The position numbers were made by a program, and so were the translations under genes. From NCBI GenBank assembly GCA_018432615.1, contig JAHDSQ010000004.1, positions 16,203-80,202 of the forward strand: DNA of 64,000 bases, given 5' to 3'. Under the pieces are notes generated by a model that saw only the letters and a list, made by a program, of their open reading frames with translations, had not been told where the DNA came from and did no database searches. Shown in pieces: positions 1 through 8,010 of this stretch; within the stretch, counting starts at the first letter, position 1; each line of letters begins with the position of its first letter. The DNA comes from Clostridia bacterium (GTDB taxonomy: Bacteria; Bacillota; Peptococcia; DRI-13; SM3-B62).

Positions 1-1201
1 TGGAGTTCTTAATTCAGTGGAAGAAAACAAGATTTCTGATGAGGGTTTTTTAAAGAATGGAATAAAATTCATTATCAATGAAGTGGTTGATATTGATCGG
101 AAAAATCGGACGGCGGAGTTTGCTGACGGGAGTAAAATAAAATATGAAAGGCTAGTAATGGCCGTTGGCTCAAAGCCGATGATTCCGCCTATTGCCGGTA
201 CAAATCTCAGCAACGTATTCCCTGTTCTTAAGGATCCTGCATACCTGCAAGGGATAGAAGAATCCTTAAAGGAGAGTGAGGATGTTGTGATAATCGGCGG
301 GGGCTTTATTGGTGTTGAAATGGCGGAACAAATCAGGCACAAGGGTAACTGCAATGTGACGCTGATAGAAGCCTTGCCTCGTTGTTTAATGTCTTGTGAA
401 GAGGAAATTGGGGTCAAGATAGAACAGGAGTTGAGAACTTTGGGGGTTGACGTTCTTACCGATACCTTGGTAGAGGCCATTTCCGGAGACGGGAAGGTGA
501 AAGAGGTTCGGCTTTCCGATGGAAGAAGTATCAAGGCGGATGTAGTGATATTAGGGATTGGCGCTGTTCCTAACATGGAGTTGGCGGAAAAAATCGGCCT
601 GAAAGTTGATAAAAAATTAGGGATAGTTGTTGATGAGTACATGAGGACAAATGATGAGAATATTTTTTCTTGCGGAGACTGCTGCACAAAAGTTTCGGCC
701 ATTACCCACAAACAGACGCCCGTTCGTTTGGCTTCTGTTTCGGCGCTGGAGGGTAAGATTGCTGGCAGTAATTTGTACAAGCTAAATCAAAAATCCCGCG
801 GGGTTGTAGGTGCTTTTACCACCAAAGTAGGCAATATATCGGTGGGGACGGCGGGCTTCACGAAAAAAATGTGCAAAGATAACAATATCGACTATTATGA
901 GGGAGAAATAACAGCGCCTGATCGACATCCGGGATATTTACAGGGCTGTACGGCCGAGACAATAGTTAAATTAATATTTGAAAAGAAAACCGACGCACTG
1001 ATCGGCGGACACGTCATTGGAGGGGTACAGGCCGCAGACATGACAAATATTCTGGCCCTGGCCGTTCAACAAGGCGTGACGGTAAACGAGATATCCTGTA
1101 TTCAATATGCCACTCATCCGCTGCTTACAGGATCACCGTTGGTGTATCAAGTGATGTGGGCGGCGGAAAATGCTCTACTGACCCAGCAAAAAGCGATTTA
1201 G
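1..1201 (+). CDS. FAD/NAD(P)-dependent pyridine nucleotide-disulfide oxidoreductase (NADH oxidase / CoA-disulfide reductase family); 5' end lies outside the window
   Basis: The reading frame is open from nt 2 to the window edge. It has the NAD Rossmann motif VVIIGGGFIGVEMAE, the FSCGDC FAD-end motif and a C-terminal dimerisation-type domain. Confidence 0.8.
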   Translation, partial: GVLNSVEENKISDEGFLKNGIKFIINEVVDIDRKNRTAEFADGSKIKYERLVMAVGSKPMIPPIAGTNLSNVFPVLKDPAYLQGIEESLKESEDVVIIGGGFIGVEMAEQIRHKGNCNVTLIEALPRCLMSCEEEIGVKIEQELRTLGVDVLTDTLVEAISGDGKVKEVRLSDGRSIKADVVILGIGAVPNMELAEKIGLKVDKKLGIVVDEYMRTNDENIFSCGDCCTKVSAITHKQTPVRLASVSALEGKIAGSNLYKLNQKSRGVVGAFTTKVGNISVGTAGFTKKMCKDNNIDYYEGEITAPDRHPGYLQGCTAETIVKLIFEKKTDALIGGHVIGGVQAADMTNILALAVQQGVTVNEISCIQYATHPLLTGSPLVYQVMWAAENALLTQQKAI

Positions 1202-1210
1202 CATATTCTA

Positions 1211-1219
1211 TGGTATAAT
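1211..1219 (+). promoter_or_regulatory. Extended -10 promoter element TGgTATAAT upstream of the sigma-54 activator gene
   Basis: TGGTATAAT sits 38 nt upstream of the GTG at 1257. The -35 region is weak. Its position argues against the ATG at 1218 as the start. Confidence 0.4.
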
Positions 1220-1256
1220 GAAAGGCAAAACCTCAGCCCCCATTAGGAGGGATATC

Positions 1257-2996
1257 GTGAATAAGGAAGAGTATCTGATAGGCGTAAAAGCTAAAGACGC
1301 GGTGATCAAAGATGTTGTTAAGGTAGGCTTGGATACCACTGTTGATGAGTTGAAGGAAATTATGCTGTTTAAGAGCAAAGAAGAGGTTCTGGTAACGGAT
1401 GCGGAAAATATTGTCGGTATCATTACAAAAAACGATTTAGCCAGAAAAATAGCGGGGGGGATAAAACCGAGAACAAGAATAAGCCGTTTAATGACAACAG
1501 ATGTTTTTAAGGTACATCCGGAAAGCAACATTCAAGAGGTAAGGCAAGAGCTGGCAGAAAGAGATATTAGCAGAGCTCCGGTGATTGATGACGACAAAAA
1601 GGTTGTCGGGATGTTGACGGTAAATTCCACCTGTGACTGCTTTTCAAAACGGCTGGAGGATGCGGTTAGGTTTTTACAGACTGTGTTTGATGCTATAAAC
1701 GAGGCTGTTTTAGTACTTGACGACAAAGGAAGGATCAAGTACTGGAATAATACAGCTACGGAAGTGTTGAGAGATAGCATGTTGCTCGACAACCATGTAA
1801 AAGAGTATTTGCCGGAGGAAATTATAGAGATCATACTCAATGCGGAGAGACCAACAAGTAAATTGTTTTTTCATGATAAAGCCGATAAATATTATATATT
1901 AAGTGTGCGTTCCACCGGCAGTTTGAAAAACTTTAATGGGATAATAGTAAACTTCAAAGATGTAACCCAGCTTTTTGAATTGAAACATAAATTAGATAGT
2001 ACAAATGGGAAATTAATGTATATTGAGGATCAGTATGAGAGGATTATTCACGATTCTTCAAGCTTCGGCGAGCTGATTTATATCAGCAAAACAGTAGAGG
2101 ACATAGCGGTGCTGGCTGAAAAGGTTTCGAAAACGGATGCCACGGTCCTAATCACAGGGGAGAGCGGGACAGGGAAAGAACTGTTGGCGAATGCTATTCA
2201 CCAAAACAGCTTGCGTGCGGATAAGCCGTTCATTAAGATCAACTGCAGCACCATTCCTCATAATCTTGCGGAAAGTGAGCTTTTTGGCTTTGAGAAAGGC
2301 TCGTTTACCGGTGCAATCGGGAAAAAGAAAGGGATATTTGAAGCTGCGGATCAGGGCACAATATTTTTGGATGAAATCACAGAAATGCCGTTAGATATGC
2401 AAGCCAAGCTTTTAAGAGTCTTGCAGGAAAAAACCTTTTTCAAAGTTGGCGCTATTCGACCTCAGGAAGTAGATGTCAGGGTAATAGCGGCTACAAATAG
2501 GGAACTGGAGGAATTAATAGCTAAGGGTTTATTCCGAGAAGACCTTTTTTACCGCTTAAATGTCATAAAAATAAATATCCCTCCGTTAAGAGAACGCAAG
2601 GAAGATATTCCATATTTGATAAGCGAGTATTTGAATTACTACAAAAAGAAATATTCAAGATGTGTTGACTCTATTCAGCCGGAGGTAATAAACATCCTTG
2701 AAAACTATCATTATCCGGGAAACGTCAGGGAATTAAGGAACATAATGGAAAGAATGACCATCCTGGCTGAGGATGGTGAAATAACAGTCTCTTTGCTGCC
2801 GACCTATATACAACAAAACCAAGGGGCTCCAGGGAAGGGAAGAGAGATTTTTAAAGTTTCGGTTGTAGAAAATGAGAAGCTGCAGATAAGCAATGCCCTG
2901 AGGCAGGCAAAGTATAATAAAACAAAGGCGGCCGCAAGCCTGAACATCTCCAGAGGCACACTATATAATAAAATGAAAAAATATAATTTAACCTAA
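1257..2996 (+). CDS. Sigma-54-dependent transcriptional activator with CBS pair, PAS, AAA+ and Fis-type HTH domains
   Basis: Walker A GESGTGKE, sigma-54 contact loop GSFTGA, and C-terminal HTH KAAASLNISRGTLYNKMKKY. The N-terminal part looks like CBS repeats. I chose the GTG at 1257 because AGGAGGG lies 6 nt upstream; the longest ORF starts at 1218. Confidence 0.9.
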   Translation: MNKEEYLIGVKAKDAVIKDVVKVGLDTTVDELKEIMLFKSKEEVLVTDAENIVGIITKNDLARKIAGGIKPRTRISRLMTTDVFKVHPESNIQEVRQELAERDISRAPVIDDDKKVVGMLTVNSTCDCFSKRLEDAVRFLQTVFDAINEAVLVLDDKGRIKYWNNTATEVLRDSMLLDNHVKEYLPEEIIEIILNAERPTSKLFFHDKADKYYILSVRSTGSLKNFNGIIVNFKDVTQLFELKHKLDSTNGKLMYIEDQYERIIHDSSSFGELIYISKTVEDIAVLAEKVSKTDATVLITGESGTGKELLANAIHQNSLRADKPFIKINCSTIPHNLAESELFGFEKGSFTGAIGKKKGIFEAADQGTIFLDEITEMPLDMQAKLLRVLQEKTFFKVGAIRPQEVDVRVIAATNRELEELIAKGLFREDLFYRLNVIKINIPPLRERKEDIPYLISEYLNYYKKKYSRCVDSIQPEVINILENYHYPGNVRELRNIMERMTILAEDGEITVSLLPTYIQQNQGAPGKGREIFKVSVVENEKLQISNALRQAKYNKTKAAASLNISRGTLYNKMKKYNLT

Positions 2997-3140
2997 TACC
3001 CGAATGTCAGAATCGACGAGTTGGTTGAACTGTTTAACGAATTATATCCGTGGGTTTGTGTTAAAGTTTGAGGAACTGGGACTGTTGAGAGGACAGAGAT
3101 ATGGGAACAAGATAAATTACAAAGTAAAGTATTGATTTCA

Positions 3141-4025
3141 TTAATTATCATGTATCTCCAGCGGATTAACATGAACCATGCAATGCTTCACCTCTTTAAA
3201 ACCCTCTTCTATCACATCATGTACCTGTTTGGCAATTTCATGGGATTTGCCCAGTGTTAATTCACTGTCCGCAGCTATCTCAATATCAACATAAATTCTT
3301 GAACCAAAGAGTCTTGTTTTTATGCTGTCTATTCGCAGTACACCCTCCTGGTTGAGGACCAATTCTTTCATGCTGCTTACTGTTGTTGCATCACAGGATT
3401 TATCAATCATTTTATCTACCGCATCCTTAAAGATGTCAAGAGCTACTTTACCTATCAAAAAGCAGATGAGCACACTGGCGATAGAGTCCATGACCGGGAA
3501 TCCCAGCCTGGAACCGGCTATGCCTACCAGTGCGCCAACCGAGGATAATGAATCTGAACGATGATGCCAGGCATCTGCCATCAATATACCTGAGTTGATT
3601 TTCTTGGCCGCTGCTTTTGTAAACCAATACATCCATTCTTTTACCCCTATCGAAATGATGGCGGCAAATAGTGCTATTATTCCCGGGACTGCCAGTTCCC
3701 CGTAATTGCCGGCAGCTATTTTTTCAATACCCTTAATACCAATACCAACGCCTGTAACAAAGAGAATAACCGCCAAAATTATTGATGCTACACTCTCCAA
3801 GCGTTCATGACCATAAGGATGCTCAATATCCGCTTTCTTATTTGATAGATTAACACCTATCATCACAATAAAAGTGCTGAACACGTCGGATGTCGAATGT
3901 ACGGCATCTGAAACCATGGCGCTTGAGTTGGCAATAATACCTACTGCCAACTTTATCAGCGCAAGAACAAGGTTCACTATAATGCTTATTACCGAAACCC
4001 TCATGGTAATTATTTTATTATCCAC
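3141..4025 (-). CDS. Cation diffusion facilitator (CDF) family divalent-metal efflux transporter
   Basis: Six predicted TM segments. Paired H-x3-D motifs (SDAVHSTSD and ADAWHHRSD) and a C-terminal cytoplasmic domain. GTG start at 4025 is preceded by GGAGGAG; the longest ORF reaches 4070. Confidence 0.85.
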   Translation of the reverse strand: MDNKIITMRVSVISIIVNLVLALIKLAVGIIANSSAMVSDAVHSTSDVFSTFIVMIGVNLSNKKADIEHPYGHERLESVASIILAVILFVTGVGIGIKGIEKIAAGNYGELAVPGIIALFAAIISIGVKEWMYWFTKAAAKKINSGILMADAWHHRSDSLSSVGALVGIAGSRLGFPVMDSIASVLICFLIGKVALDIFKDAVDKMIDKSCDATTVSSMKELVLNQEGVLRIDSIKTRLFGSRIYVDIEIAADSELTLGKSHEIAKQVHDVIEEGFKEVKHCMVHVNPLEIHDN

Positions 4026-4091
4026 GCTAACTCCTCCATAATTTAATAAGGCAAGAATGCTCCCTATCACTTATTATGTTGTAATGGGATA

Positions 4092-6071
4092 TTATATGTT
4101 TTTCGTACTCAATGCTCTGATGGCATTGAGTATTACTAAAATGGCAACCCCCACATCCGCGAAGATAGCCTCCCACATTGAAGCATGTCCGAAGGCACCC
4201 AAAATAAGAAAGACGGACTTAACGGCCAGTACAAACACTATATTTTGCAAGACGATACTGCGCGTTCTTTTGGCAATTCTAATGGCTGAGACAATCTTTG
4301 TCGGTTCATCGGTCATAATGACAATATCCGCAGCCTCAATTGCGGCATCGGAACCTAATCCTCCCATAGCAACACCAATGTCTGCTCTGGCAATGACCGG
4401 CGCATCGTTTATCCCATCTCCAACAAACATTATTTTACCGTTGGGGGATTTTTCTGTTTCCAGCCGTTCAATTTTGCCGACTTTATCAGTGGGGAGAAGT
4501 TCTGAATAAATCTCAGCCAAACCTAACTGTTTGCCGATTTTATCCCCAACAGACCTTAAATCGCCGGTAAGCATGACGATTTTCTTAATGCCGAGCCTTT
4601 GAAGCCCTTTTATCGCTTGCGCGGAATCTTCCTTTATTTCATCTGAAATATGAATATTACCGGCATATTTCTTATCAATTGCCACATGAACCAACGTTCC
4701 CATTGCTTCAACGTCATTATATTCGATATCCTCTTCAGTCATTAATCTGGTGTTGCCAACAAGAATTTCTTTGCCGTTGACATTAGCCTTAATGCCGCGG
4801 CCCGGTTTTTCCTCGTAGTTTTTGATCCTCTTCTTATCTATTTCAGCATTAAAGGTTTCTCGAATAGAAAGAGCAATCGGGTGGTTTGAATAGTACTCCC
4901 CATATGCGGCATATTCTATCATTTTTTCATCGGAATATCCATTTTGAGAATTGATCTCTGTTACCTTGAATACCCCTTTGGTTAAGGTGCCGGTCTTATC
5001 AAACACAACTGTTTCTACATTATTCAGGGCTTCGAGATAATTTCCTCCCTTAACCAGTATACCTCTTTTTGAAGCCCCGCCAATACCGCCGAAGAAACTC
5101 AAAGGGATGGAGACTACTAATGCACAGGGGCAAGATATTACCAGGAAAACCAACGCTCTGTAAATCCATTCGGAGAATGTGGCTTCCTGAATCAAAAGGG
5201 GAGGGATAATGGCAAGTGCCAAGGCTCCCCAAACTACAACCGGAGTATAGTATTGAGCAAATTTTGTGATGAAATTTTCGGTGGGAGCTTTTCGACTGCC
5301 GGCATTTTGAACTAAATCCAGAATTTTAGAGACAGTGGATTCGGCAAAATCTTTTGTTACTTCAACTGTCAAAACACCATTTATATTGATGAATCCGCTT
5401 AAAACGTCCTGACCCGGTTCCAATTCACGGGGCAGTGATTCCCCTGTTAATGCAGATGTATCAACCAGAGAAGTCCCCTCTACTACCACGCCGTCCAGGG
5501 GGACTTTTTCCCCCGGCTTAATCACAATAATATCGCCGATACTCACATCTTCGGGGACAACTCTTCTCAGCTCTTCGCCAAGCTTCAAATTTGCATAGTC
5601 AGGTCTGATATCCATTAAGGCACTGATTGACTTGCGGGAACGATTCACAGCCATGTTCTGAAACAATTCACCGACCATATAAAACAACATGACTGCTACA
5701 CCCTCCGGATATTGACCAATCAAAAAAGCACCGATAGTGGCAACGCTCATCAGAAAATGTTCGCTATATACTTGGCCTTGAGTGATCCCTTTTATTGCTC
5801 GAAGAATAACACTTCCTCCGACTACAAGATAGCTTGCCAAAAATATTGCGAGTTTCAGCCATCCTTGAGAACTAAGCATAAGACCTAAAGCAAATAAAAG
5901 AGCACCAATTACCAGCCTCATGATCTCTTGCCGAGTGTTGTTTCCGGAGTCGGTGTTATTAACGGTTGGCTGTGTTTTGGCATTACAACACGCACAATCG
6001 TGTACTTCGTGGGTTATTGCATCTTTTTTTTCGTTTGTTTTTTCCGTTTCATTGTTGGCATGTTTTAGCAT
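4092..6071 (-). CDS. cadA: Heavy-metal translocating P1B-type ATPase (Cd/Zn/Pb type)
   Basis: Motifs TGES, CPC (VISCPCALVVS), DKTGTLT and GDGINDAP, plus D-x-G (ADVG) in the last TM. The N-terminus is a short His/Cys stretch (HEVHDCACC) rather than a GMTCxxC HMA domain. Confidence 0.9.
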   Translation of the reverse strand: MLKHANNETEKTNEKKDAITHEVHDCACCNAKTQPTVNNTDSGNNTRQEIMRLVIGALLFALGLMLSSQGWLKLAIFLASYLVVGGSVILRAIKGITQGQVYSEHFLMSVATIGAFLIGQYPEGVAVMLFYMVGELFQNMAVNRSRKSISALMDIRPDYANLKLGEELRRVVPEDVSIGDIIVIKPGEKVPLDGVVVEGTSLVDTSALTGESLPRELEPGQDVLSGFININGVLTVEVTKDFAESTVSKILDLVQNAGSRKAPTENFITKFAQYYTPVVVWGALALAIIPPLLIQEATFSEWIYRALVFLVISCPCALVVSIPLSFFGGIGGASKRGILVKGGNYLEALNNVETVVFDKTGTLTKGVFKVTEINSQNGYSDEKMIEYAAYGEYYSNHPIALSIRETFNAEIDKKRIKNYEEKPGRGIKANVNGKEILVGNTRLMTEEDIEYNDVEAMGTLVHVAIDKKYAGNIHISDEIKEDSAQAIKGLQRLGIKKIVMLTGDLRSVGDKIGKQLGLAEIYSELLPTDKVGKIERLETEKSPNGKIMFVGDGINDAPVIARADIGVAMGGLGSDAAIEAADIVIMTDEPTKIVSAIRIAKRTRSIVLQNIVFVLAVKSVFLILGAFGHASMWEAIFADVGVAILVILNAIRALSTKNI

Positions 6072-6074
6072 CGG

Positions 6075-6149
6075 TTAAATCTCCTTTACATGAGTTAAGC
6101 CCTGATTGAAGATTCGTTTAACAAACATCCGGCAAGAAGTCTCTCGCCT
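6075..6149 (-). pseudogene. Displaced 3' fragment of cadC (ArsR-family alpha5 helix coding remnant)
   Basis: Translation RRETSCRMFVKRIFNQGLTHVKEI* resembles the C-terminal helix of ArsR/SmtB repressors (..IFxQGLxHVxE). Its TAA lies 3 nt upstream of the cadA ATG, within and just after the AAGGAGA RBS. It is in the same frame as the cadC body if the IS is removed. Confidence 0.55.
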
Positions 6150-6249
6150 CTAAGTCACCTTGCTCACGCAAGTGAGGGCGTATGCGGGAGATGAATTACC
6201 TGCTTCACTTCTCCTTAAAAATAAGTGTAACACACAGAGTAAAAAAAGC

Positions 6250-6278
6250 TTGAAAAACATATCCTGATGGGATAAACT
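6250..6278 (+). promoter_or_regulatory. Putative sigma-A promoter for tnpB inside the IS left end
   Basis: TTGAAA, 17 nt spacer, TAAACT. Confidence 0.35.
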
Positions 6279-6345
6279 AGTATCAGAACACACGTTCGTT
6301 TGAAGGTGATATCCTATCGGAAACAAAGCATATAAGTATCGTCTA

Positions 6346-7443
6346 ATGCCTAACACTGAACAGGAATTGCTAATCAAAAAAACATTCGGCTGTGTAAGAT
6401 TTGTATACAATCAAATGCTGACAGAAAAAAAAGAGCAATATGAAAAAAATCAAAGAGATAAAGAAGCCTTGGAAAAGCTAAAAACACCAACCCCTGCCAA
6501 GTATAATAAAGAATATCCATGGCTCAAAGAAGTGGATAGCCTGGCTTTGGCAAATGCCCAGCTAAACCTGAATACAGCTTACAGAAACTTCTTCCGTGAT
6601 AAGAAAATCGGCTTTCCAAAATTCAAAAGTAAGCGCCATGACAAAAAATCTTACACCACCAACAACCAAAGAGGAACAATCCGGCTGATAGACGCTAAAA
6701 CAATTCGACTACCTAAGCTAAAGAATGTACGAATTAAGCTGCATAGACAACTACCAACCGATGCAGTCATAAAATCAGCCACCATCAGTCAAACACCTAC
6801 AGGGAAATATTATATATCCATACTGATTGAGAATGATGCCAAAATCACACCGAAAACAGCAAAACCTGAAACAACGCTGGGTTTGGACTACTCCTCGAAA
6901 TCGCTATATATAGATAGCGAAGGAAACAGCGCCCAATACCCCCGATATTATCGACAAGCAGAAGCAAAACTAAAGAAAGCCCAACGTAAATTATCCAAAC
7001 GCAAAAAGGGTAGTAAAAATCGTGAAAAGCAACGACAAAAAGTAGCGAAACTCCATGAAAAAGTAGCCAAACAACGAAAGGACTTTTTGCATAAGCTCTC
7101 AAGGCAGATAACCAACGCCTATGATGCAGTTGCAATAGAAGACCTAAACATGCGGGGTATTGCGCAAGGCTTAAAACTGGCCAAGTCAACAAACGACAAT
7201 GGTTTTGGGATGTTGAAAACATATTTGGCCTACAAACTGGCAGAACAAGGTAAGAAGCTGGATACCATAGATAAATGGTATCCATCCAGTAAACTTTGCC
7301 GCTTTTGTAAGCAGGAAAACAAAGAACTGACATTGGCAGACAGAAACTGGACCTGCCCCCATTGCAAAAGAGAACTTGAAAGGGACGTCAATGCTGCCAT
7401 CAATATCAAAAACGAAGGTTGCCGGATACTTGGTATAGCCTAA
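6346..7443 (+). CDS. tnpB: TnpB (OrfB) RNA-guided endonuclease of the IS200/IS605 family
   Basis: RuvC triad candidates in TLGLDYS, VAIEDLN and ERDVNAAINI. Zinc finger CRFC..CPHC. The conserved N-terminal signature KAYKYRL continues upstream of the first ATG (open frame from 6310), so the true start may be a non-canonical codon at 6316. Confidence 0.85.
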   Translation: MPNTEQELLIKKTFGCVRFVYNQMLTEKKEQYEKNQRDKEALEKLKTPTPAKYNKEYPWLKEVDSLALANAQLNLNTAYRNFFRDKKIGFPKFKSKRHDKKSYTTNNQRGTIRLIDAKTIRLPKLKNVRIKLHRQLPTDAVIKSATISQTPTGKYYISILIENDAKITPKTAKPETTLGLDYSSKSLYIDSEGNSAQYPRYYRQAEAKLKKAQRKLSKRKKGSKNREKQRQKVAKLHEKVAKQRKDFLHKLSRQITNAYDAVAIEDLNMRGIAQGLKLAKSTNDNGFGMLKTYLAYKLAEQGKKLDTIDKWYPSSKLCRFCKQENKELTLADRNWTCPHCKRELERDVNAAINIKNEGCRILGIA

Positions 7444-7551
7444 TAAAATATATGAACCGTTGGGCGAACGGGGATAGCTTGGTAATTATACCGACGTTAG
7501 TTGGTACGTCCCAAGAAGCCCCTACCTCTTAAGGTGGTGGGAGTACGTCAC
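7330..7551 (+). ncRNA. Predicted TnpB omega RNA (reRNA) scaffold overlapping the tnpB 3' end and the IS right end
   Basis: In this family the guide RNA is encoded at the tnpB 3' end and right end. Several short stem-loops are visible at 7444-7551 (CCGTT..AACGG, GACGT..ACGTC, CUACC..GGUGG). The extent is a guess. Confidence 0.4.
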
Positions 7552-7857
7552 AGAATAATAAACGACTTTGCCTTCCCTTCTGGTTTTTACGAGATCAGCC
7601 TGTTTCAAAATCCTTAGTTGGTGTGAAATTGCGGATTGGGTCATTTTTAGTAATGAGGCAATATCGCAGACACACATTTCTGCTTCATATAAAGCCCACA
7701 AAATCTTTATCCTTGTGGAATCCCCGAATATTTTAAACAACTCCGCCAAATCATAAAGTGTTTCTTCAGGAGGCATTTTTTCCTTCACTTGCTTTACAAC
7801 ATCCTCATGAATAACAGTACAGTCGCACTGTTCAACCGGTTGAATATTTCGTGTCAT
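7522..7857 (-). CDS. cadC: ArsR/SmtB-family metalloregulator, CadC-like; native C-terminus replaced by IS-derived codons
   Basis: EMCVCDIASLL matches the ELCVCDL metal-binding/HTH motif. There is an N-terminal CDC cysteine pair and a wing REGKVVYYS. The final residues VTYSHHLKR are read from the IS right end. Confidence 0.8.
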   Translation of the reverse strand: MTRNIQPVEQCDCTVIHEDVVKQVKEKMPPEETLYDLAELFKIFGDSTRIKILWALYEAEMCVCDIASLLKMTQSAISHQLRILKQADLVKTRREGKVVYYSVTYSHHLKR

Positions 7858-7884
7858 ACAATCACCTCGCTGTTATGAATTGAA

Positions 7885-7906
7885 CATATGAATAAACGTT
7901 CATATG
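7885..7906. promoter_or_regulatory. Candidate CadC/ArsR operator: inverted repeat CATATGAA-N6-TTCATATG
   Basis: Perfect 8-6-8 inverted repeat 28-49 bp upstream of the cadC start. Its TGAA/TTCA cores are typical of ArsR/SmtB operators. Confidence 0.5.
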
Positions 7907-8010
7907 ATTTATAATAAACTCATGTTGCCTAAAATGTCAAGATTGCTATTGGAGTTAGATGCTGGTAATATAATATATACACATAAAATTAAAGTTTTGT
8001 GAGGTGAGAA

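Larger units (their letters stand above)
6141..7554 (+). mobile_element. TnpB-only IS200/IS605-family (IS1341-like) element; ends uncertain by about 20 bp
   Basis: It carries tnpB but leaves no room for a tnpA. A subterminal imperfect hairpin TCACcTTGC-TCAC-GCAAGTGA lies at 6155-6175. The right end is structured. The element sits between a truncated cadC body and its displaced C-terminal fragment. Confidence 0.7.

Noticed and set aside
6150-6410. An 86-aa minus-strand ORF across the IS left end.
   Set aside because: It overlaps the tnpB start and the left-end hairpin and has no RBS. It is a chance ORF in non-coding IS DNA.
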